Of a stretch of 59,515 nucleotides of DNA, positions 50,495-58,420 are shown one piece after another (position 1 is the first letter of the stretch; each line of letters starts with the position of its first letter). The position numbers and the translations under genes were made by a program. The notes under the pieces were generated by a model. It searched no databases. It worked only from the letters and a program-made list of their open reading frames with translations, and was not told the DNA's origin. Location: assembly GCA_964500695.1 (NCBI GenBank), contig CAZCNT010000001.1, forward strand, positions 1 to 59,515. The letters are read 5' to 3'. The DNA is from an uncultured Gammaproteobacteria bacterium. Lineage in GTDB: Bacteria > Patescibacteriota > Microgenomatia > UBA8517.

Positions 50495-51634
50495 ATGATA
50501 AAAAAACTGAAACTTGTCAATTTTAGAAATTTCAAGGCCAAAACGTTGGATTTTTCCGACAAAGTTACGGTGATTGTCGGACCGAATGCCAGCGGGAAAA
50601 CTAATATTCTCGAATCTCTTTTTTTACTTTCTACCGGGAAAAGTTTTAAGGCCAGGATTGAATCGGAAACGATTCAATATTCGAGCGATATCGCTCGAAT
50701 AATAGGTAATACAAGTAATGAAAGTAGTATAAGTAATACACAATTAGAGGTGGTGCAGACGCGCGGGGAGAATGGTTGGCCGAGAAAAAAGCTTCTGGTT
50801 AACGGAGTTCCAAAGCGCTTAATTGATTTTGCAGGAAACTTTAGAACAGTTCTTTTTGGCCCTTGGGATATGGATATTGTTACAGAGAGCCCGAGCCTAA
50901 GAAGAAGGTTTTTGGATACAGTGCTATCCCAAGTTGATAGGGAATACCGACGTTCCATCCTTTCCTATGAAAAAGGATTAAGGCAAAGAAATCGGGTGCT
51001 TTGGACAATGCGGGAGTATCCGACAGGCTCTTCGGGACGCGACAAACTCCTTTTTTGGAACCAACTTCTCATTAAAAATGGGAATTATATTACAGAAGCC
51101 AGGGAAAATTTTATCGATTTTTGTAATTCTCACCAGTCACAAGTCACTAGTCACTATTCACTGGAGTACGACAGGTCCCTAATATCTGAGGGAAGACTTG
51201 AACAGTACAAAGAAGAGGAAATTGCGGCGGCCACAACACTTGTCGGTCCTCATCGTGATGATTTCATTTTTCTGAAAAGTAATACAAGTAATAAAAGTAA
51301 CACAGGTAATATAGGTAGGGAACTGGCCTCATTCGGCTCACGGGGTGAACAGAGGATGGGGATTTTGTGGCTAAAAATGGCGGAATTGGATTATATTGAG
51401 AAATGCTCTACTCTGGATTCGACTCCCTCGGCAGACCTCAGTTCGCTCACCATTCGTCGGAGCGCGGACTCACGTCCGACGCTTCTTCTCGACGATATAT
51501 TTTCGGAACTGGATCATGAACACAGGGAAGTGGTTATGCAAATCTCAAAAAAACAACAGACGATAATTACCACGGCAGACCCGCATTTTGTCAGCAATTT
51601 GAAAAAAGTGGAGAGAATTGAACTGTTGAGATAG
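50495..51634 (+). CDS. recF: DNA replication and repair protein RecF
   Basis: Contains LKLVNFRNF, GPNASGKTN and LLLDDIFSELD. Start taken at MIKKL. Confidence 0.9.
   Translation: MIKKLKLVNFRNFKAKTLDFSDKVTVIVGPNASGKTNILESLFLLSTGKSFKARIESETIQYSSDIARIIGNTSNESSISNTQLEVVQTRGENGWPRKKLLVNGVPKRLIDFAGNFRTVLFGPWDMDIVTESPSLRRRFLDTVLSQVDREYRRSILSYEKGLRQRNRVLWTMREYPTGSSGRDKLLFWNQLLIKNGNYITEARENFIDFCNSHQSQVTSHYSLEYDRSLISEGRLEQYKEEEIAAATTLVGPHRDDFIFLKSNTSNKSNTGNIGRELASFGSRGEQRMGILWLKMAELDYIEKCSTLDSTPSADLSSLTIRRSADSRPTLLLDDIFSELDHEHREVVMQISKKQQTIITTADPHFVSNLKKVERIELLR
50705..50740. repeat. 9-nt GTAAT word array in recF (GNTSNESSISNT)
   Basis: GTAATACAA GTAATGAAA GTAGTATAA GTAATACAC. Confidence 0.7.
51131..51164. 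repeat. heptamer array CACCAGT CACAAGT CACTAGT CACTATT CACTGG in recF (HQSQVTSHYSL)
   Basis: 7-nt period seen directly. Confidence 0.7.
51277..51316. repeat. 9-nt GTAAT word array in recF (SNTSNKSNTGNIG)
   Basis: Shares the exact 16-mer CAAGTAATAAAAGTAA with the cassette-2 arm (37359..37374). Shares a 19-mer with 40581..40600. Confidence 0.75.
51404..51480. repeat. G+C-rich in-frame insert in recF containing a T-arm-like GGATTCGACTCC and hairpin CGTCGGA...TCCGACG
   Basis: Encodes CSTLDSTPSADLSSLTIRRSADSRP immediately before the conserved LLLDD. GGATTCGACTCC also occurs at 38118..38129. Confidence 0.55.
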
Positions 51635-51637
51635 AAT

Positions 51638-51958
51638 ATGGATATGGTGGCGACGGAACATGATATAACTCTGACGGAAGCAGAGAAAAGTTTTGAAATG
51701 GATTTAAGGGAATTGTCGCCTGACGTGCGTAGTAGGTATGATTGCCTTTATCTGGATGTAAGATTGAAACAGGCCAAAAAGAATTATGGAAAACCGGCAG
51801 GACATATGTCTCTTGAAAAAAGACAGGAGCTTATACTGATAGCAAAGACTACCGAGAGTGACGAAGAGGCAAAGAGAGCTCTTGATATGCAAGAATCTTG
51901 GGACAGAGCAACTTCGAGGGAGGGGCGACCACCCATAGCCGGAGCACGAGAAGATTAA
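51638..51958 (+). CDS. hypothetical protein
   Basis: 106-aa charged helical ORF between recF and fic. Confidence 0.5.
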   Translation: MDMVATEHDITLTEAEKSFEMDLRELSPDVRSRYDCLYLDVRLKQAKKNYGKPAGHMSLEKRQELILIAKTTESDEEAKRALDMQESWDRATSREGRPPIAGARED

Positions 51959-52001
51959 TCTACTACTTCATTCTCCGCAAATAGTGCGTTAAAATAGAAG
52001 C

Positions 52002-53066
52002 ATGTTTGTTCCAAAATATGTTATTTCCAATAAGGTCCTCAAAAATATCGGTTCTATTGAAGCTTCTAAAGAAGTAATTGAGAATGCCCCTCTCGTCCCT
52101 TCTTTTGAAAAACAGTTCCAATCTGATGCCATGGTACGCACTATCCATCACGGTACCCACATTGAGGGGAACGACTTGACTCTTTATCAAACTAAAAAAA
52201 TTCTTGAGGGGGCGGAAGTCTATGCCCGGGCGCGGGATATTCAGGAGGTTATAAACTACCGAAATGTCGCCGGACTTCTGGATGAACTTGCAGTTAAAAG
52301 AGGAGTGTATGAGGCGGACATGATGCGCGATATTCATAAAGCGACGGTTAATAGAATCGTGGCACCGGAGAGAGCCGGAGTTTTTAGAACTACGGAAGTT
52401 GTTATAAAAGAGGAGGAAACCGGAAAAATCATTTTCTCTCCTCCTGCCCATGTAGAGGTACCTTTTCTGGTTGAAGATTTTTTTGCATGGCTGAATGATC
52501 CTGAAGCGCTCGAGACTCACCCAATACTCCGGGCGGGAATTGCTCACTACATTTTGGTTGCGATACACCCTTTTGTGGAAGGCAACGGCAGAACCGTAAG
52601 AGCGTTTTCAACGCTAATTCTTATGAGGGAGAATTACAATGTCAAGAAGTTTTTCTCCTTGGAAGAACATTTTGATACCGAGCCTGCAGACTATTATGAG
52701 GCAATCGCTTCGGTTGACAGGCAATCGCCTAACCTTGCCAGCCGCGAAATTACTCCTTGGCTTGAGTATTTTACGGGGGTGGTTGCAATAGAGCTTACAA
52801 AAGTAAAAGACAAAGTCAGGAAGCTTTCGGTTGACTCGAGACTCAAGGTTAAGTTTGGCGAGCAGGTGGCACTCTCCGAGCGTCAGATGAGACTGATAGA
52901 ATACATTTCCGATCAAGGGAGTGGCGGAATGAATGAGCTTAAACGCGTATTACCCATGGTTTCGGAAGATACGGTGCTTAGAGAAATCAGGGATTTGATG
53001 GAAAAAGGAATAATAAAAAAGTCGGGAAGCACTAAGGCGAGTAAATATATATTAGCCGGCAAGTGA
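52002..53066 (+). CDS. fic: Fic-family protein with C-terminal winged-helix-like domain
   Basis: HPFVEGNGRTVRA (HxFx[DE]GNGRxxR). N-terminal THIEGN is inhibitory-helix-like. Confidence 0.88.
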   Translation: MFVPKYVISNKVLKNIGSIEASKEVIENAPLVPSFEKQFQSDAMVRTIHHGTHIEGNDLTLYQTKKILEGAEVYARARDIQEVINYRNVAGLLDELAVKRGVYEADMMRDIHKATVNRIVAPERAGVFRTTEVVIKEEETGKIIFSPPAHVEVPFLVEDFFAWLNDPEALETHPILRAGIAHYILVAIHPFVEGNGRTVRAFSTLILMRENYNVKKFFSLEEHFDTEPADYYEAIASVDRQSPNLASREITPWLEYFTGVVAIELTKVKDKVRKLSVDSRLKVKFGEQVALSERQMRLIEYISDQGSGGMNELKRVLPMVSEDTVLREIRDLMEKGIIKKSGSTKASKYILAGK

Positions 53067-53200
53067 GTACGGCTTAACTTTACTTTCTTGCTTTTCCCCA
53101 AACTCTCTTTCCATTCTTTGCTCACCCAAAGAATGGAGATGAAAGGGTGCCCATGATACTTTTTAGGCAGTCGTTCGACTCGTTCATACAGTACAAAAGA

Positions 53201-53224
53201 ACTTCTTCGCCGTGAAGGCTCGTC
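53201..53224. repeat. diverged copy of the 26-nt element (ACTTCTTCGCCGTGAAGGCTCGTC)
   Basis: Similar by eye to CACTTCGCCAAGGCTTCG. Intergenic. Confidence 0.35.
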
Positions 53225-53332
53225 AAACAGCTTTTGTTTCTTAAATGAATTCTCTCGTTTCTCTCGGATCTAAAAAGTAAATGGGTCTTGTTGAAACAAG
53301 GTTAAAAAATAGAGTGGGTCATCTTCGTGAGG

Positions 53333-53338
53333 TATAAT
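53333..53338 (+). promoter_or_regulatory. TATAAT box 5 nt upstream of the ligase ATG (possible leaderless mRNA)
   Basis: TATAAT at 53333..53338, ATG at 53344, and no SD. Confidence 0.35.
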
Positions 53339-53343
53339 AGGGT

Positions 53344-55032
53344 ATGCAATTTAGCGAGCTCGCTTTATATCTTGAAAAGCTTGAAAAAACCTCCTCCAGG
53401 CTTGAAATTACAAGGATTTTATCGGAACTTTTTGAGGCGACAACTTCTGCTGAAGTTGATAAGATAGTTTATTTATCTCTTGGTATTTTGGCGCCGAATT
53501 ATGAGGGGGTTTTATTAAATTTGGCCGAGAAAATGATGATCAGAACTCTCGCTCTGGCGTTTAATAAAAGCGCAGACGAGGTAAAAAGCCTTTACAAAAA
53601 ATCAGGTGACTTGGGAGATACCGCAGAGGAGCTTTCACAATCCACAGTTCACCCTTCACAGTTCACAGTTACTGATGTCTATGAAAAACTTTTGGATATT
53701 GCCAAGGACAACGGAGAGGGATCGCAGGAGCGGAAAATTGAAATGACGAGTAGTCTTCTTAAAAATCTGGATTCTCTCTCAGTGCGGTTCGTTGCCAGAA
53801 TTCCGGTTGGGAAACTTAGGTTAGGTTTCTCAGAAAAAACAATAATAGAAGCACTAGGAATTTCTGATACGGAATATAATATTTATCCTGATATTGGTCA
53901 TATTGCATATCTTACAAAAACTAATAATTTAAAAAATATAAAACCAAAAATTGGTGTACCTGTTGTCCCAATGCTTGCAGCCAGACTTAATTCAACGACT
54001 GAGATGGTTGCCAAAATGGGACAAGTATCAGTAGAACCTAAATTTGATGGATTAAGAATCTTTATACATTTTAAACGCAAAGATAATATCGTAAAAATCT
54101 TTACGAGAAACATGAACTCAATTCCTCTGGAAACTTTTCCGGAACTTCTCGGTGTCGGTAAATTTATAAAAGCAGAGGAGGTTATTCTTGATAGTGAAGC
54201 AATAGGGATTGACCCCACTTCGCCAAGGCTTCGTGGGGCTGGTGTGTTTTTGGATTTCCAAAAAACAATTCAAAGAAGAAGAAAGCACAATATAAAAAAA
54301 ACCGCCGGCGAAATTCCGCTGCAATTTCAGATTTTTGACGTACTTCTTCTCAACGGCAAAAGTTTGATTAACGAACCGTATATTAATAGGCGCATGGAGC
54401 TTGAAAAGATTATTATTGGTGGAAGTTTACTTCGGGTTGATGAGAACACCGTTACAAAAGACCCTGAAATTATTAAGGAAATGCACAAAAAATACTTAAA
54501 GATGGGACTTGAGGGGGTTGTTGTTAAAAAAGCTAATGGAAAATATGTATCAGGCAGAACCGGCTGGAATTGGGTCAAGATGAAAGAGGAGGAAGGTCAG
54601 AGCGGTAGACTCTCTGACACTCTAGATTGCATTGTAATGGGCTATTTTACAGGGAAGGGTAAAAGGGCACAGTTTGGACTGGGTAAAATTTTAGTAGGCA
54701 TCAAAGATGGAGATGTTATACGCACATTAACCAAAGTGGGCACTGGTTTAACAGAGGCTATGCTTGTTGAGATTAAAAACAGACTTAATAAATTACAATC
54801 AAAGGAAAAACCAAAAGAATATGAAGCCCAAAAAGACTTAATTCCTGATGTTTGGGCAATACCTAGCTTAGTGATTGAAGTAACGGCTGACAGTATATCA
54901 AAAAGTACAAAACATTCACTAGGGCTTTCCCTTCGTTTTCCAAGGTTTTTAAAAATAAGGGAAGATAAAGGAGTAAACGAAGCAACAACACTAAAGGAGT
55001 TAAAAGCGATAGCTAAGACGCAAAAAAAATGA
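53344..55032 (+). CDS. lig: ATP-dependent DNA ligase
   Basis: EPKFDGLR (KxDG adenylation motif). 562 aa with DNA-binding, adenylation and OB-domain layout. Confidence 0.88.
   Translation: MQFSELALYLEKLEKTSSRLEITRILSELFEATTSAEVDKIVYLSLGILAPNYEGVLLNLAEKMMIRTLALAFNKSADEVKSLYKKSGDLGDTAEELSQSTVHPSQFTVTDVYEKLLDIAKDNGEGSQERKIEMTSSLLKNLDSLSVRFVARIPVGKLRLGFSEKTIIEALGISDTEYNIYPDIGHIAYLTKTNNLKNIKPKIGVPVVPMLAARLNSTTEMVAKMGQVSVEPKFDGLRIFIHFKRKDNIVKIFTRNMNSIPLETFPELLGVGKFIKAEEVILDSEAIGIDPTSPRLRGAGVFLDFQKTIQRRRKHNIKKTAGEIPLQFQIFDVLLLNGKSLINEPYINRRMELEKIIIGGSLLRVDENTVTKDPEIIKEMHKKYLKMGLEGVVVKKANGKYVSGRTGWNWVKMKEEEGQSGRLSDTLDCIVMGYFTGKGKRAQFGLGKILVGIKDGDVIRTLTKVGTGLTEAMLVEIKNRLNKLQSKEKPKEYEAQKDLIPDVWAIPSLVIEVTADSISKSTKHSLGLSLRFPRFLKIREDKGVNEATTLKELKAIAKTQKK
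53636..53672. repeat. heptamer array CACAATC CACAGTT CACCCTT CACAGTT CACAGTT AC in the ligase gene (QSTVHPSQFTVT)
   Basis: 7-nt period seen directly. Confidence 0.7.
54213..54238. repeat. 26-nt element CCCCACTTCGCCAAGGCTTCGTGGGG inside the ligase gene (read as PTSPRLRG)
   Basis: One mismatch relative to 12331..12356. Read in a different frame. Confidence 0.9.
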
Positions 55033-56423
55033 TAAAGAAGTTACCGAAAATGCCCGGACTTTGGATGATGCTTGGACCTGCTTTTGTTTGGGCAGCAATT
55101 GCACAGGGATCAGGGGAACTCATTTGGTGGCCATATTTTTCTGCTAAATACGGACTAGCTTTTGTTGGACTACTTCTTCCTGCGTCATTAATTCAATTCT
55201 TTGTCAATCGTGAAGTTAGCCGTTATACAGCAATTACAGGAAAGGGAATTTGGAGCGGTTTTTTATCTCTCGGAAAATATTTTACATATCCATTATTTTT
55301 GTTATGTTTTGTTAATTTTCTTTGGCTTGGTGGTTATGCTTCTGCTGGGGGAACAGCGCTATTTGAATTAACACGTTTTCCATTAAGTTTTTCAGACAGA
55401 GGAGGAACATTATTTTGGTCATATATTTTAATAATTGGTTTTTCCGGTATTTTTTTATTTTCAAAAATAATCTACAAATCCTTAGAAAATTTCATGAAAG
55501 TCGTTTCTGCAATTACCGTTCTTGGTCTAATCTTTTCTGCGTTTCAGCCTGAAGTACGTGTGTTTGCAGGAGAATTTTTTAAATATTTCTTTAATCCTTT
55601 GTCAATTAGATGGCCAACAACTTGGGAGGCATCTGATTCCTCACACTTGGTAACTGCCATCGCCTTTGCCGGAATGGGAGGTTTTTTGAATTTACTTTAT
55701 TCATATTGGATGAAAGATAAAGGTGTCGGAATGGCAAAATATACGTCAAAAGTTAAAGGACTCTTGATAAAAGAAGAAGAAGAAGTGGAAGAAGAAAAAG
55801 ATTTGGTTTTTGCAGATACGGAGGAAAATAAAATTATGTGGAAAGGTTGGATAAAATTTTTAAATTTTGATTCACTTTTAGCCGTAACAATTAACGCTAT
55901 AACTGCAGGATTAACTACACTTCTAGCTTTTGCGATCCTTTTCCCTAAAGGAATTTTTCCTACAGGTTGGAAAATAACAGTTGTTCAGGCTCAGTTTTTT
56001 GAGAGTAGTTTAGGTTATTGGGGAAGAATTTTATTTTTACTTGTTGCCTCTGCCTTTATGATTGATACTTGGGTGGGGCTTACCGATGGGGTAGCCAGAC
56101 AGTTTGCGGATTTTACCTATAAGGTCAGGAAATTGGGTAAAAGTTTTAGATTTTGGTATTATTTCTGGCTTGGGTTTTTAATATTAACCTCTCTAATCAC
56201 GATCACTCTTGCTCAGCCCGGAGTTCTGATTACAATTATTGGGGTTATTTCTATTTTTGCTTTCGTTCTTTATATTCCGGCTCTTTGGTACTTAAATTAC
56301 ATAAAACTTCCTCAAGAATACCCCGTTTTTATTAAACCGAAGAAATGGGAGAGCGTGACTTTGCTATTGACTTGGATTTTTTATCTGGCGATTGCTGCAG
56401 GCTATCTTTGGACCGTTTTTTAA
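55029..56423 (+). CDS. NRAMP-like multi-pass membrane transporter
   Basis: 464 aa with about 11 TM segments. The N-terminal region resembles the NRAMP family. 4-nt overlap with lig. Confidence 0.55.
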   Translation: MIKKLPKMPGLWMMLGPAFVWAAIAQGSGELIWWPYFSAKYGLAFVGLLLPASLIQFFVNREVSRYTAITGKGIWSGFLSLGKYFTYPLFLLCFVNFLWLGGYASAGGTALFELTRFPLSFSDRGGTLFWSYILIIGFSGIFLFSKIIYKSLENFMKVVSAITVLGLIFSAFQPEVRVFAGEFFKYFFNPLSIRWPTTWEASDSSHLVTAIAFAGMGGFLNLLYSYWMKDKGVGMAKYTSKVKGLLIKEEEEVEEEKDLVFADTEENKIMWKGWIKFLNFDSLLAVTINAITAGLTTLLAFAILFPKGIFPTGWKITVVQAQFFESSLGYWGRILFLLVASAFMIDTWVGLTDGVARQFADFTYKVRKLGKSFRFWYYFWLGFLILTSLITITLAQPGVLITIIGVISIFAFVLYIPALWYLNYIKLPQEYPVFIKPKKWESVTLLLTWIFYLAIAAGYLWTVF

Positions 56424-56509
56424 AAGCGGTTCCGTGTTTATCATAATTGTGTATTGACCTTATGTAAGCTTTTGTGAAAAGATAAGAGTGTGAAAGAAGG
56501 TGATAAACA

Positions 56510-56836
56510 ATGGCAGGAACAGGACTTAAAAAAGAAACAGCAGCAGCTTTAGCTACGCTTTTGGGACCCACTTTGGTAGTACCGGTACTCTTCATCCTTC
56601 TTGAAAAGGATGAGTTCGTGCGTTTTTGGGCTTTCCAATCGATAGTAGTTTACTTGGTACTTTTTGCTTTGAACTGGGTTTTGATATTTACCATCTTTTT
56701 AGCGATACTCACTCCTTTGGTTTTTGTGTTCGGAGTGGTTCTTTGGTTGGTAATGACATACAAAGCATGGCAGGGAGACAAATGGGTGGTACCGGTACTG
56801 GGGAAGTTGGCAGTTAAGTTAATGAATAAAGCCTAA
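56510..56836 (+). CDS. DUF4870-like small membrane protein
   Basis: 108 aa with three TM segments and ...YKAWQGDKWVVPVLG. Confidence 0.6.
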   Translation: MAGTGLKKETAAALATLLGPTLVVPVLFILLEKDEFVRFWAFQSIVVYLVLFALNWVLIFTIFLAILTPLVFVFGVVLWLVMTYKAWQGDKWVVPVLGKLAVKLMNKA

Positions 56837-57286
56837 GTTAGCTATTAGCTACTAGCTACTAGAGCTTAGAGCCTAGTTATATTAGAATTTGTTTGTGGCG
56901 ACGATTAAGTGCTTTGAGGATCTTTTGGTTTGGCAAAAAGCTAGAGTGCTAGTTAAGAGAATTTACAGCATAACTTCTTCTTTTCCTTGTGAGGAAAAAT
57001 TTGGCCTAATTGATCAGATTCGTCGTGCAGTCGTATCTATTATGGCAAATGTTGCCGAGGGATTTTCGCGCTATCGGATAGCTGAGACGGTTATGTTTTA
57101 TCGAACAGCAAGAGGGTCCCTATCTGAGGTTAAAAATCATTTGTATATTGCATTAGATTTAGGCTATATTAATAGCACTGAATTTAAAAAACTTGTGGAA
57201 ACAATAGATGAAATTGGGAAAATGCTAAATGGTTTGATAAATTCAACTGAGAATTATAGAAAAACTAAGCTCTAGGCTCTAATGAC
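56837..57286. mobile_element. putative IR-bounded cassette 3 carrying a four-helix-bundle gene
   Basis: Left arm heptamers GTTAGCT ATTAGCT ACTAGCT ACTAGAG CTTAGAG CCTAGTT. Right arm AACTAAGCTCTAGGCTCTAATGAC. The core is 18/21 complementary by hand. Confidence 0.6.
56889..57275 (+). CDS. four-helix-bundle protein (23S rRNA IVS protein family)
   Basis: Contains LLVWQKARVL...FPCEEKFGLIDQIRRAVVSIMANVAEG. The start is non-ATG (TTG 56889 or GTG 56895). Confidence 0.8.
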   Translation: MFVATIKCFEDLLVWQKARVLVKRIYSITSSFPCEEKFGLIDQIRRAVVSIMANVAEGFSRYRIAETVMFYRTARGSLSEVKNHLYIALDLGYINSTEFKKLVETIDEIGKMLNGLINSTENYRKTKL

Positions 57287-57758
57287 TATGAAACTTATAA
57301 TTGGGTTGGGAAATCCCGGAAAGGATTACGAGAACACCCGTCACAATGTCGGTTATATGATAGTGGACAGATTTAGGAAGATTGGTCTTTCGAAAGGTGT
57401 AATGGTGAAAAAATCGGATGTTTTTATGAACAGCTCGGGAGAATTTGTTAAGAAAATTACTGAGCTCTATCCTCTAAGCTCTAATAGCTTATATATTGTT
57501 CACGATGATCTTGATATCCCTCTTGGATCATACAAAATCCAGTTTGGGCGGGGGCCGAAAGACCATAACGGTTTAAAATCGGTTGATGAAGCCTTGGGAA
57601 CGGATCAATATTGGCATGTGAGGGTGGGGATAGAGAATAGAGCTCAGAGCTCAGAGGTTAGTGGATACGACTATGTTCTCCAAAATTTTAGCGATGAAGA
57701 AAGAATAATTTTGAAAATGGTTGTACAAGAGGTATGCCACAAACTTGACAACATATAA
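57282..57758 (+). CDS. pth: peptidyl-tRNA hydrolase
   Basis: Contains GLGNPGKDYENTRHNVG and VHDDLD...HNGLKS. Confidence 0.9.
   Translation: MTMKLIIGLGNPGKDYENTRHNVGYMIVDRFRKIGLSKGVMVKKSDVFMNSSGEFVKKITELYPLSSNSLYIVHDDLDIPLGSYKIQFGRGPKDHNGLKSVDEALGTDQYWHVRVGIENRAQSSEVSGYDYVLQNFSDEERIILKMVVQEVCHKLDNI
57461..57490. repeat. AGCTC-word patch inside pth (TELYPLSSNS)
   Basis: TGAGCTCTATCCTCTAAGCTCTAATAGCTT. Same word family as the cassette-3 arms. Confidence 0.45.
57636..57664. repeat. heptamer patch TAGAGCT CAGAGCT CAGAGGT TAGTGG inside pth (RAQSSEVS)
   Basis: Shares TAGAGCTCAGAGC with 46406..46418. Confidence 0.5.
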
Positions 57759-57779
57759 CATACAACATATACTCTAAGC

Positions 57780-58031
57780 ATGGTACGAACACAAGTATAT
57801 CTAAGCGAAGATCAAGATAGGGAATTAAGGTTAAGAGTTGCCCTTGGAGAGGGTACTTTTTCTGGGTTGATTAGAAAAAGCATAGATGAGTTAATCAAGA
57901 AAAATACTAAATCTAAAAAAAATAATGATTGGAATAAATGGAAAAGTTTTATTGGAGCTTGCAAAACTGATTTTGGGGGCAAAAGTGGTCAGGAATTAAT
58001 AGATGATTATTATCAAAACGACGTCGTATGA
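57780..58031 (+). CDS. ribbon-helix-helix antitoxin (VapB-like)
   Basis: MVRTQVYLSEDQDRELRLRV has the RHH pattern. 4-nt overlap with the PIN gene. Confidence 0.75.
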   Translation: MVRTQVYLSEDQDRELRLRVALGEGTFSGLIRKSIDELIKKNTKSKKNNDWNKWKSFIGACKTDFGGKSGQELIDDYYQNDVV

Positions 58032-58420
58032 AATATATACTCGACTCCGATTTCCTTTTTGGTTTATATGTCATTCATGATCCACACCATAAAGAAACGA
58101 CTTCTTCACTTAGAAAAATCCAAAAAAATAAAGATAAACTCATTATTCTCAATTTGGTAATTCAAGAAACAGCTACAGTATTAAGTAGAAAAGATAGCCA
58201 AAAGACAGGCTTAATCTTTCTAGAAGAAATACTGAAAATGCCAGTAGAAATTATGAGCTTGGATGAAGAGGATAAAAAACTAGCTTGGGAGATATTTAAG
58301 AAACAGACCAAAAAAGGAACTTCATTTATTGATTGTGCGAATCTGGCAATTGCAAAGAAGTATAAATTTGACGGAATTTTATCCTTTGATGAGTTTTATG
58401 CTGGGATCAAAGTTAAATGA
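58028..58420 (+). CDS. vapC: PIN-domain toxin (VapC-like)
   Basis: Contains YILDSDFLF...QETATVL...FIDCANLA...SFD acidic residues. Confidence 0.8.
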   Translation: MKYILDSDFLFGLYVIHDPHHKETTSSLRKIQKNKDKLIILNLVIQETATVLSRKDSQKTGLIFLEEILKMPVEIMSLDEEDKKLAWEIFKKQTKKGTSFIDCANLAIAKKYKFDGILSFDEFYAGIKVK

